Assembly (NCBI GenBank): GCA_964106915.2
Contig: OZ066915.1
Length of the DNA stretch: 64,000 nt
Reading direction: 5' to 3' (one strand)
DNA from: Podarcis gaigeae
Lineage: Eukaryota
Shown: in pieces, positions 12,324 to 23,905 of the stretch
Layout of the letters: every line of letters starts with the position of its first letter
Numbering within the stretch: position 1 is the first letter of the stretch
Program-made: the position numbers and the translations under genes
Notes under the pieces: model-generated
Databases searched by the model: none
What the model saw: only the letters and a program-made list of their open reading frames with translations
What the model was told of the DNA's origin: nothing

Positions 12324-12548
12324 CTATTTTAAAATAAAAGAGAAGACAGGTGGGTTATAAGTACATAATTTAGGTAGGACAGTATTGCCCTTCAGAGTCC
12401 TTGGCTCAGCATGGAGAGGAGACAGCAGCTACTTTAGTCCTCTCCACAGCTGCTCTGCAGAGTTAAGCCATGATATGCCATAGCATAGTGTCCAAATCTG
12501 CACTCCTCATGGTTAAATGCTCCCAGACAAACCAGAAGCTGTTAACTA

Positions 12549-12798
12549 CAGTGGAACCTCTACTTACAGACATAATCAGTTCCAGGGGTCCGTCCATAAG
12601 TTGATCCGGGTCGCTGAGAGAAGCGCCGTTGTGTGCAGGCGCATTCGGCAGCAGCGCACTTCTGCGCATGTGCAGACGGCAGAAGCCGCTTCTGAATGTG
12701 TGCGAATCGCGGCAAACCTGGTATTTACTTCCGGGTTTGCCGCAGTCGCAACTCGGATCAGGCCCAAGTAGAGGTGGTCGTAAGTAGAGGTTCTACTG
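12549..12798. mobile_element. Tc1/mariner-pogo MITE (intron 17)
   Basis: TA-CAGTGGAACCTCTACTTAC...GTAAGTAGAGGTTCTACTG-TA; CpG-rich core with TCTGCGCATGTGCAGA and ACTTCCGGG. Confidence 0.88.
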
Positions 12799-13237
12799 TA
12801 TAGGACAAACTCTGGTTACAGCTCAAGGTTTGAAAAGAGGTAAGCGAAGGGCTGGGGTTTAACTGTCAAGGTAGGCTAAGGGGGAGGCTCTGGCCTATGG
12901 ACCTAATTAAGCTGCCAGGCCTTGCCAGTTGGCCCACATGGCTGCTTTGACCAAGCCACACATACATGCCCTCAATGATGTCAGATATACGAGGCAAAAG
13001 GGACTACAGATCGGCAAACAGCGCAAGCAAAGGGAAGCAGGTCATGTGACATCCTTTTGATGTCAGGTGACTTACTGACAGGCGGGCCTCCCCACCTCTA
13101 AGTTGGCCAGTGGGTGAGGGCAAAGTAAGGATCTGGTTCACTCACCAGATCCAGTCTCCCAACCCTGTATTGCACTAAACGGTTTATTGTTATGCAGCAA
13201 AGGAATGACTGGGGAAGAGCAAAGCAGCTGCTATCTC

Positions 13238-13240
<3 letters not shown>

Positions 13241-13280
<40 letters not shown>
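13241..13280. repeat. (CT)20 microsatellite
   Basis: Read directly. Confidence 0.95.
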
Positions 13281-13283
<3 letters not shown>

Positions 13284-15004
13284 ACACCAGACCACATTTG
13301 GCTGAGCAGTATATGCAAACTGGGCCATGCTCCTCTGGTTTCTTACTGCAGTAAAACAAATAGCTATTAAAGATTAGCACATTTGTTATGACATAAGCTT
13401 TTAAGCTTCAGATGTGTGAAATGGTCTTGAGTCCATAAAACTGAAGGCCACCATACATGTGTCAGTCTCTTTATTCTTTTTGCTGTGAGAGACTAACTTG
13501 GCTATCGCTTTGGAAATTACTGTAGATGCCATGCCAGATTATTTATTTTCCTTTATTGGATTGACACAGCATTTACAAATATGAACTAGAAATAAAATTT
13601 CAAAAACTCACACCTGGGGCCTGTTGCGCTATTCTTCATGGTCTGAAGAGCCACTCTGGATTAAGGAGGGTGCTGACCAGTCACTTGGAAACTGTTCAGC
13701 AAGTTAGATTTCATTTTAAGAAGCAAGCGACAAATCTGGCAAAGCTGGCCAAATCACAGCCTGCTGGCTCCCAAGGAGAAGGCTGCAGATGATTCTCTCC
13801 TCCTTGGCAGTTTGTGCTCAGGGCAGCCAGCAGCTAAAGCAAGTTTTGGCTTTGTAGGCTGTCCAAACCTGGAATTGTGATTAAGCTCTGTCCTCCTTAA
13901 CCACAATCCTGGATTTGGATGGCATGCTAAGTCGAATCTTGGCTTAGCTGCTGTGCCAGGCTAAGCTAAAAGGACTGGTGGGGAACAAAGCAGCTGCAAT
14001 CTCATTCCCAAGAGCCAGCGCACTTGAATGGTCCCCGTAAGTTATAACTTGGCTTGCCATGACATGTGAACGGTGGCACACGACAGCTGGATATCACCCA
14101 TAATTAAATATGATAACAGTTTAGGTATCTGAATCACTTATTAAAAGCATGCCAATCCTGACATCAAAATGTGGAAAAACCCCACCCCCAATTACATCGT
14201 TCATCCACAGCTCTTTTGCAGAGCCAATGTAAGGTGTCTATGTAAGTGTACATATCCACATAGACACCACTTACACTGCCCTTTCTATTATTCCCCTTCT
14301 CCATCTTGAGTTGCTTTATATATGTGACCCTTTAAGTACAGATACGTATGTGAAAAATTAGTTTTATCATGCACTCCTGACAATCTCATCTGCTTAATGC
14401 CAGTATATTATATTACAAGACTTAATTTAACATCCAGAACTGCTGAGCAAATGGAATCAGAGTGCAACAAAAGCAATGGGAAAATGATGAAGTAAGCTGA
14501 CCATGTTGGCAGTAAACCCTATTACCCTTTTGATTACTGAGCTAAAACAAAAGGTGTGAGTTGCAGATAAAGGAGGGATTCAGCATCAGCTTGACAGGGG
14601 GAACTATCCTTCCCCCTGCTCTGGGGGTTCTCCTAAGCCCCCCTCCATCCTGGGAGCCAATTTCAGGGAAAGAAGAGTAGGGGAAATGGAAATTCTTTGC
14701 ACAGGACTTCCGCTGAAGGGGCTCCTTAGGGCAAATTGTGCCCTATGTTAAGAATTAACCTCTGAAAGAGGTGAGTGCAATTCACAAACTCCACCCCCCC
14801 CCAAGATAGGGGAAAAGGCAGCGAAAAAACAAGTCAAATTAAAGGCCAATATAATTTAGTTCTACGGTCATATGGTTCTTTCATGCAGTCTATCCTCCTA
14901 CTTCCATGTCTATAGTTAAATTGGTGTATACATGATTGTCACCTAAACTCATGTTACCAAAATCTTTTCTGACTCTCAGTTTCGTAAATGATTTCTCCCA
15001 ATAC

Positions 15005-15101
15005 CTGAATTGTTCCCTGGTTCTTATATGCTCTCCCATAGTATCTTCCTCCTCTGCCAAACGTTCTTATCACTGGAGTGGAAATAACTCCTCTCGGGCG
15101 T
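15005..15101 (-). CDS. FAM120A: FAM120A exon 17 (97 nt)
   Basis: tgcag|A CGC CCG...ATT CAG|gtattg; RPRGVISTPVIRTFGRGGRYYGRAYKNQGTIQ. Confidence 0.96.
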
Positions 15102-15925
15102 CTGCATTGAGTGAGAAACAAGTTAAAAACACATTTAAACTTTAGATATGTTTCTGTATTTTTAATAGGAAAAAAGAAAGTTTCCATTAAAAAAAAAACC
15201 CACAGCACAGTCTTTTGGTCCTCACAATCAGAAGGCTGGTTCTCTATATCATTAAGAAGGTTCTCGAAATATTTATTTTTTATAATGTGAAAGTTGTTCA
15301 AACAAATGTTTCTTCCACTTACATTCTTGCAGTTGCTGTGTAAAGTACCAGCAAACCAAACACTGAAAACTAGTATGAATAGAAGTCAGCACCTACTCCC
15401 CCCCCCCCCAATTAATCCTGCTGCCAAGTTTCAAATATAATCTCTTTGGTAATTCTTAATGCTCGGAAGTTAACATTTACTAATCTCATACTAGTTTAGC
15501 CTGTACTGATCCATGTTTGTTCTTCATTGCCGTTTTTAAATAAACTGCTTAACCAAAGTACCTCTTCCTGTAAAATGATCAATACCTTATAGGCAGCAGC
15601 TGCCTTAGAAAAATATAAGTAAAAACAGGCAACAATAGTGAATGAATTATATGTTGAGATTTGGTTCAGATCAATGGCCAACATGAAAGATATTAACTAT
15701 TATATATAGGTGATATAATGATAGCTAACTTCCCATTAGGTAAAATCATTTCTGATCTTTTAAGAATGTCTGACCCACATTCATTTTTTACACCCAAACT
15801 TTCTGAAATAAAAGATACAATAATTGCCCTTTTCTGTACTTTAATAAAAGCCAGCTGCCACTTCTTTTGCCATTGCTAAATTCCAAAGTCAAGCCAATAT
15901 TAATTTAAGATTTATTTCTGCCTAC

Positions 15926-16067
15926 CCTCTTGTGGGCCCTCCGACAGAAACCACCTGCAGAGGAAACGGCCCTCTCCCTCCACGACCACGTCTGCTTCCA
16001 GCCCAGTGGCCAACCACAGTGCCAGCTATTTCGAGTTTCCCTCCCTGAGAAGGAATAGGTTGGACAC
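15926..16067 (-). CDS. FAM120A: FAM120A exon 16 (142 nt)
   Basis: tacag|GT GTC CAA...AGA GG|gtaggc; VQPIPSQGGKLEIAGTVVGHWAGSRRGRGGRGPFPLQVVSVGGPTR. Confidence 0.96.
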
Positions 16068-17618
16068 CTGTACAAAGATGAAAAGAGAGGTTGCTATTTG
16101 CAGCTACAATTCAGAGAACAGAGTACATGGACTTCCAACTTTCCCTGAAAATACTGCTTTCCTTCCAAAGACTGGGTTTTCATGGCACATTCAGGCACGA
16201 AAGATTCTAAGTTTTGTATTAAGGTTCTTTTAATTTATTTTAAATGGATTGGATGGTCCTTCCTGGGGGTAACGTTATCAACATCATAATTTACAATAAT
16301 CTGACGAATGCTACATTTACAATCTACACACCCCTGTATCAAGATTAGATCCCATTGAGATTATTGACCGTTTTGCACTCATTTTTTCCAGTTAGATTCA
16401 ATGGCCTCAGCGTAACCAAGACCACAACTGGATACTGGGTCCCAGAGGTCTCGTGGCACCTTCCCAAAGCTGGGTAAACCTGCGATTGCAGCTGTACGCA
16501 GGTGGGGAAGGGGAACAAATAAAGGAAGAGTGGGTTTAATCCAGTCTCCAATTGTTTGTTTGTTTATTTCCTCACACCATGCACAACTGTGATCTTGTAA
16601 GTAAAATAAACAGTAAGATGCGAGTTACCTGCATGCAAAGAGAATGCCAGAAATCCCCACTTTTAACCACCCCACATGTGTTTTATCTTTTAAAAACTCA
16701 GGGGTAGGGAGAGAACCTTCATTACCTCTCGGTTCCAGAATACGTCTCAACTCAAATTCAAGTGTTCACGTGTGAGTATTTACAAGACATAATCAAATCA
16801 TTCCCAATAATCTATGGGATAAATGTTAGCTAGATATGACTGATAAAGCTGATAGCAATGAAAGGGCTTAAACAGATAGAAGCAATGTGGTTACAAATTA
16901 GGCCCCAGCGTTAACATACTAATTACTACAGCGCTAGCGAAGGCAGGGAAGTACATTCTTCTCTATACTGTACAATCAACTGTAATAGTACAGCAGCTGC
17001 TTCATTGGGCTTCAGAGAGCCAGAAGTGTCAGTTACTAGCTAAAGCTCTGATGTTAGAGAGCTTGCAGGAATTTGTTGGAAGTAATTAAAATGCAGGGGG
17101 GGGGGGCTTCCTGTTCCACTATTTTATTAAGGAGTAAATTGGGGGGGGGAACTGTTCCCTTCAGAAATACATGCCCAGCTTCTGAAACGTGAACACCTAT
17201 GAGCTACTTACAAATAAAACATTAGCAGTGTTTCCTGCTACTTTTATCCTGCAGTTGATTTCAAAACAAGCAAAAAACCCAGTGTTGAAGCACATGTTGC
17301 CTTTGAAAAATTGTTTGTCCAAAAATTGGAAACAAACCTTTAAAAGAATACGTGCATTTTACCAGGTGTGTGTTTAATTTTGGAGGCGAGAATGTGACTC
17401 CTGTAGCATGTCACCGAGTTCTGAGTAACAGGCGTTAGTGAACAACGGGACAGCAATCCGAGGGGGTAGGTTGTACAGCAAAATGACAGCTGCGTTTGGT
17501 TACAGGAGAGAGGGATGATGAGAAAGCGAGGAGGTCCCTGTTGAAAAGTCTCAGGCCAGGGTGAGGTGAAGAAGGCTACTGCCGTAAGATGTTAAGAAAA
17601 GGGGTTTGGTATAATTAC

Positions 17619-17756
17619 CGCCCTGAAACTTGCTAGTCCTGTTGCCGTCATTGCCAGAGAAGGCTCCGGAGTGTCCTCCTGCAGCAGCCATCCGGAAGGC
17701 CCGATATGCGCCTGTTGCAACTGTTTCCCCATAGGGGCCTCCAAAGCCATAGACTC
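17619..17756 (-). CDS. FAM120A: FAM120A exon 15 (138 nt, symmetric phase 1-1, likely cassette)
   Basis: cacag|GA GTC TAT...CAG GGC G|gtaatt; VYGFGGPYGETVATGAYRAFRMAAAGGHSGAFSGNDGNRTSKFQG. Confidence 0.93.
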
Positions 17757-19004
17757 CTGTGAGACCCAGGGGGAAACCGTGAAGGGGAGAGGGGACATAC
17801 AGGAGTTCCCCCCCAAAATAAGCTCTTGACCATAGTTTCCCTCCAAAAGCACAGGGCTGCACATCTGAGAATATGCTGATTTAGCACCCAAGAGCAAACA
17901 TGAAATTGGTGAACATAGAGAGTTTGTCAACCATTTTTAAATTTACAGTTGACCGCCTGTTGTACAGGAATTCTTCAACAGGCAGAAGATATGGACCCTA
18001 TCCACCATTTTGGACCGTTGGCTTGTATGTCACTTTAAGTAAGTCATTTTATAAGGAGATCACGGCAGTTAAACATACACCTTAAGACACTAATGGGATA
18101 ATGCAACAGACTGTACTGCAACATATTCTACTGAATTTATACTGCCTCCACATCGTGTCAGCGATATAAATACCAGATGATATTTCCCAGTTGTCAAACA
18201 TACATAAGTATGAACTTTACATCAAGTATGACAATGCAAGGGGTCTCCAACCATTCTGGGTCATATGTGAATTGTTGAGGCGTACACCCTCACTCTGGTC
18301 CCCCCCCCCGCCCATGAATAACACACCCTCCTCATAACCGCTTCCAAACAGATAGACCAAAAGTGATGCTTCCTTTTGAATTTCCTTTATTTTATCTGGG
18401 GGCCTCAAGAAACCACCATTGCATTAAAGCTTGCAATGGTAGATCACAGAACTCATTGGTATCCTGTAAAACTCAAGGATCTGGTGGTCCACAAGTTACA
18501 GGGAGCACCAGCTGTCAACTCCCCACCCCAGGTTTTCAGTTACTCAACACACAATGACAAATGCCATGATTGTTGTAGATGGTAAGCATGTTTATGTGCT
18601 AAACCATATAAATAAGGAAACATATCCCACAGTACTGTGCTATACAAATAGTATTATCATTATCAATACTACTACTGCCAATAGTGATTATTATTTTTTA
18701 AATATGTTAGTTGCTTTACCTTGTCCAAGGCCACCCAAAGAGATTTAGAGCAAACCAAACAAACCTGCCACCCAACAGATACATCAAAACTAAGGGGGAA
18801 AGAGAAATACATTTAAAACACCCCAGCTACTTCTAAAAGGCCACAGATAGTTAATGGCCATAGGTCTGGTTATAGAGGAAGTTTTTGCCTGATGCCTAAA
18901 GATATAGAATGATGGCTCCAGGCAAGCCTGCCTAATTATACTAATAACATTGTCAAAATTTATTTTGGATGAAATGCTACATGTTAACAGTGACACATGC
19001 TTAC

Positions 19005-19188
19005 CAGGAAAGCCTCTGCCTCTGCCCTGAGGTGGTGGAAGTGGCCCAAAGTGCCGAGGGTATACAGAACCTGGATAAAAAGGCATGGCAGGCGGTGGAG
19101 GAAAAGGAAGTGGATGGTTCTGCCGGGAGAAATTTAAGCCTTCGAGGATGCTCTGGCGCATCTTTTCAACCTTGGCAGCTTGTTCAGT
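19005..19188 (-). CDS. FAM120A: FAM120A exon 14 (184 nt)
   Basis: tgtag|ACT GAA CAA...CCT G|gtaagc; TEQAAKVEKMRQSILEG...QGRGRGFP. Confidence 0.96.
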
Positions 19189-19782
19189 CTACAATAAAAA
19201 AGCACACAGCACAAACACATTTGAATGACAAATGGAGGTGCCTCTTGGTCAAACCCCTGTTATGGCCAACGAGTCTTCCTTCCTACAGTTCACAGGAAGA
19301 AGATCCAGCCCAGCCCCATGTCTAGATCTTTGAGTGGTGACAGAGGAAGTATCTTGAGAAACCAACATATTTCTTACTGTTTATTCTAGAAAGCTAAATA
19401 TTCTGACCGACCCCTTCCAAATTCAAATATGCTATTCTACAAAACCATTTATCAATCAAGAATCAACATCAGGTCTGAAACACATAAACATAGTATTCTG
19501 CATTCAAACAGGCCCAGGATCTTTAGCAAGATAAGGTCAATACAATTTGTCAAGCTCTTTTTATTTATGCACACGAACATATGTTAGATAAAGTATGACT
19601 CACCAACCTTTTGACTTAACAGCCTTCCAAATTAATTACCAATCTAATTACCAAATGTGATTTATTTAGTTAAAGTAAGCATTCTATTTTATTTTTTACC
19701 AAACGGATTTGCAACTGACTAACTTGACTCAAAACTAGTGAAATTTCCATAGGCATAACAGACACCTGAGGAGCGAACATAC

Positions 19783-19992
19783 CTGACCATCACAGAGGTC
19801 AATGAGAGGAACTTTCTCCCGAGTTCCTTTGATGAGCTTGGTCTGGAACAGCTTCCCATCAAAGTACATCCATGGACAACAATGCTCCCAAGGAATCGGT
19901 TGCCCGCAAGCATCATTTGCAAACAATGCCATGTCAACACCACTCATAAACAATGCTGACAGCTGAATTCCTCGAGGATCTAAATTTTCAAT
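19783..19992 (-). CDS. FAM120A: FAM120A exon 13 (210 nt)
   Basis: ctaag|ATT GAA...GGT CAG|gtatgt; IENLDPRGIQLSALFMSG...CCPWMYFDGKLFQ...DLCDGQ. Confidence 0.96.
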
Positions 19993-21069
19993 CTTAGAGA
20001 GAGAAAAAGAATGTCCAAACAAGTTATGAGTAAGAAAATATTTAAAACAAAGCAACCCCATGAGAAATGAATGTATTGATTAGCAGAAAGTACTATGGAA
20101 ATTAGAGATGCAGATCTTTATTAATCCAGTTAGTAGAATAGCAAACACCCGCAGTAAAGGTTTAGGCATATCACTTCTTACCTGTATATTTAGCTTAAAA
20201 AAAAGAAAAAGAGGTCCTGCAACAAAATGTAACACTTTTGTCCAGGGTTCTGGCCACTCTATTCCATTTCCCTTCTCCCTAGTTTCCTACCCTCTCCCCT
20301 AAGTTCAGCATTTTGTGTGCACTGAGCATGCACGGTCCGCAATAGGCTGTTTCTTCTTTTGTTTTCTTTGTTTTTTGGATAGTGAGATGGGCTAGAGAGC
20401 CATGGTGGGAGGTATACCTCTCTAAGGAAGTCTAAGTTGCTGGCAAGAAAGCAGTGGGCAGTGATGGGGGACGGACCGGGGACCAGGAAAGTAGAGAAGG
20501 AGAGGAAAGGGAAGCAATAGACAAGGCAAACAAAAACAATGACTCCTTTGAGATGGAACAGAACCTTGACTAATATACTTAATTAGCAGAGTCCAAACCC
20601 CTCTGTTTCAAGGTTAGGCACTAAAACCCTAGGGTTACCCAGTAGGGTCGGCTAATTAAAGTGACTATTTCCTGAACAGAAGATGCACAATTAGTTCCAT
20701 GAAATAATTAAAGATATATTGGTTTATAGCTGACACACAGGGGTTCCACGGGAAAAAGAGAGAATCAAGGAAAGTGATATATTCTTGGGAAACCCTTTAT
20801 TACAAGTTTGAAAGCTACAGATGCAAAGGAAATAAAACACCAAGTAAAGAAGTGAATAGATGATATCACAATTACGATGATCAAGTTAGAGTTCACTTGG
20901 AGTTGAAACCAGAACCCCTTCTCTCACTCACACTCTCTCTCACACACACACACACTTACACTTGCATAACACACGCATATGGATTAAGTTAAGAGTACTG
21001 ACAAAGAAATGGGATTGCTTGTATTAAGTATGGATTAAAAGCGCCACAGAAGCAAAGTTCTAAAGTCAC

Positions 21070-21184
21070 CTTTAGTTCCTGTAGTTGGTCAGGTTCATAT
21101 AGTTTTGGAGATAAAGCTTGAGCCAGGAAGGCATCAAGTTCCTGGCGACGAAGTATCCGGACCCCAGGCCATTGCACCATATAT
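21070..21184 (-). CDS. FAM120A: FAM120A exon 12 (115 nt)
   Basis: tgtag|A TAT ATG...CTA AAG|gtgact; YMVQWPGVRILRRQELDAFLAQALSPKLYEPDQLQELK. Confidence 0.96.
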
Positions 21185-21939
21185 CTACAGAGACAGACAG
21201 CACTGAATCAGCATTGCTTGGAAAGCTGTGGTACCATTACTTATAATTTCTGCATATAGGAATTGAAAGTCAAACAACCACATGGAAATTATATAATGAC
21301 ATAACAATACTTGGCACAAACCTGCAAAAAGTTAGCACTTAAAAGTCCCATTATTTTTTTAATTGGGAGACATTTACATTCAATTCTTAATTCTGTTATT
21401 GAAATCAATGAAATTAAGAAGTGCTTTACAGTATGCTTCTTAAGCTAGCGTTGTGGCAACAATAAAAACCTGGTGTATATTAGATCAGTAAATTTAATAC
21501 GAAAAATTCAAGCACACTAAGCTTGGAAGAGCATGTAAAACTACGTCATCATAGAGATATTATTAATGCTAGATTAAATTAGTTAAGCCATATGGTTTGC
21601 ATTCACTTGCCAAAGTTAAGGGCAAGACACCTGGGCTTGAATCCTAAGATTTTCTCGCACTCGTGCAACAGGGATGATCACCACTGATGCTGCCTCTACC
21701 TGCAGATCTCTAGCCCCATATCCCAAGCCACTCCAGACTACCTAGCCCTCAGGAACAAATTTTGAGGTGGTGCAGCAGGCTGAAAAGGAAGAGCGGAGCC
21801 ATGAAAAACCTGTTCCAGGAATGAGACTGGAATTGCTAATGGGAGGAAACCTCTGTCTTTAAATGGATTAAAGCAGGTGGCTATCTTGTGGCTCTAGATG
21901 AGTGTTTATCCTACACAAAAATCCAGTCAACGTACTCAC

Positions 21940-22189
21940 CGTAATACACAACAGAGCACCATAAGGTGAGTGGGCACATTAGATGGGTTGAGCATTGCTG
22001 GTGTGTCTGACCTCATACAGGCCAAGAAAGCCCTCATTCGTCGATTCTTGTCCTCTACCGCCTTCCCCAGCCACAGTTTCTTCAAATTGGGACAGGTCCA
22101 TTCCCTAAATGCAAGAGCTTCTACCAACTCAGGAGTCTGGGGGGACTTTCCTTTGTAAGCAGCCCATTCCTTAATTATCACCGGTGAGA
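21940..22189 (-). CDS. FAM120A: FAM120A exon 11 (250 nt)
   Basis: tgtag|TC TCA CCG...TTA CG|gtgagt; SPVIIKEWAAYKGK...HLMVLCCVLR. Confidence 0.96.
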
Positions 22190-23635
22190 CTACAGAATGA
22201 AAAAAAGGAAACCAAATACTTTCAACTTCTGTACACATTTACCAAGGCTGAAATCCAGACAGCATATTTAAGCTACTCATATACAGTTTTATTTGCATGG
22301 ACAACACTTGATAATTTTTATATCTCCCGGATTTCTATGAAATGCATTAACACCTAAGTTGAAATTGTAGGTTGGTGGCTGGATATGTCATTGGACGAGT
22401 CAAATGTATTGAGAGACAAGACTTGGTTCCTTCCAGCTCTGATTCTACCTGATCTTGGAAGTTATTGTATGTATGTTGGCCTGAATTCTAAGTTTCCATT
22501 TGTGAACAGAATACAGCTTTCCTGTCCACTTCCTCTAAATCTGCTTCTGGAAGAAAGGGGATACTAGAAAAAAGTATGGGATATGGTACAGGGGGCAACA
22601 GGTAGAGGGGAGTTTGGTGCGAACTGTTATCACCCCTTGTTTGAACAGAAAACTAACCTACAGCATCCAAGTCAGCTCAGACAACCCCCTCATCTACGTG
22701 GGGGCTACAGGTTGAGACATCGGGTGTGTCAGTGAAATTGTGTATATTTGAAACCCCATTGAAAAAACCTGCAAACACCCTGTTCTGTGATGTTTGTGAT
22801 GTTTTCGGGTCACTTCCGGGTTTGGTGCAAGGAGTGTATGCACAGCCGTGCACATACTGAACATATGTAAATGGGGGGGGGGGGTTTGCTTGTATGTATT
22901 TTCTTAATGGAGATTTGCAAAGGCCAAAAACAAAGGTGAAGCTTGGTTAAACAATATTGGTGCATGATCATTTCTGCATTCTGTAAGGTTCTGCTTCTCC
23001 CTTCAGGCTTGATGCTTTTATAGGACTTGTACAGTATGCCAAGCACTACTGCCATCTTGTTACGCTCTTTAAAACTGCAAACCAATATTGAGATCAAAAT
23101 GCAGAAGACAGAACTCTTACCTCTGCCTTCTGGGGAGTATCAGAAAAGCTGTTTTCTGAAAGCCAGACTAAGGCCAGAACTACACATTCTGTAGCCTACT
23201 CACACTTGGAAACCCAGGCCACTGTTTGCCCTCTGCAAAGCAGCAGTGGAGGGACCACGTGCAGATGAGGAGTGGGGGGCAAGACATGGGGTGCTTACCC
23301 CTTCTGCCCGCTTGTCCCCTGCCAGGTTTCCAGAACAGTGTTTTCATCTCAAATGGTATGGTTCCTTCCCACTCAGCACAGGCAATGGCAAAAGATCCCA
23401 TGCCACTCTGGTGTGAATTTGGTCTGAGTTGTATCAGAAGAATTAATTTCAGAGGACCTTGTGCAGGACATGTTTCCAGTGAATTGTGTCCAATAGGTGG
23501 ACATTTATGCACGGTACATATTCAAGCTCTTCTTGTCCAGCTATGCTGAATACAAGATACTAAACGTTAACAGCAATACTGGGTTCAGAAAAGATTTCAT
23601 TTTACAAGTTAGATGGTTCTGTAATTCCTATTTTG

Positions 23636-23905
23636 TTTTATTTAACAAAATGTATATACTGCTTTATTGTACAAAAACCTCTAAGTGATTTACAAAAATA
23701 TAAAATAAAATATTCTCTATAAAAAGTTAAAAACGAATGTTTTAAAACATTCAAAAGGTGATTAAAATCAATAATAGCTATAAAAAAAAAAAACAGAGCA
23801 CATGTAACTTCTACATGTCTGGATAGGGTTGCCTAAACAAAAATGTTTTAAGCAGGCACCAAAAAGAATAATCCAAAGATGCCTGCCTGATGCCAACAGA
23901 CAGGA
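23636..23905 (-). mobile_element. Degenerate L2-like LINE 3' end
   Basis: Reverse-complement L2-type tail (TTTAACAAAATGTATATACTGCTT...CTAAGTGATTTACA); a similar tail lies at about 40045-40115. Confidence 0.5.

Noticed and set aside
19993-19995. AAG acceptor of exon 13
   Set aside because: A less common but normal U2 acceptor with a good pyrimidine tract; no sign of a U12 intron.
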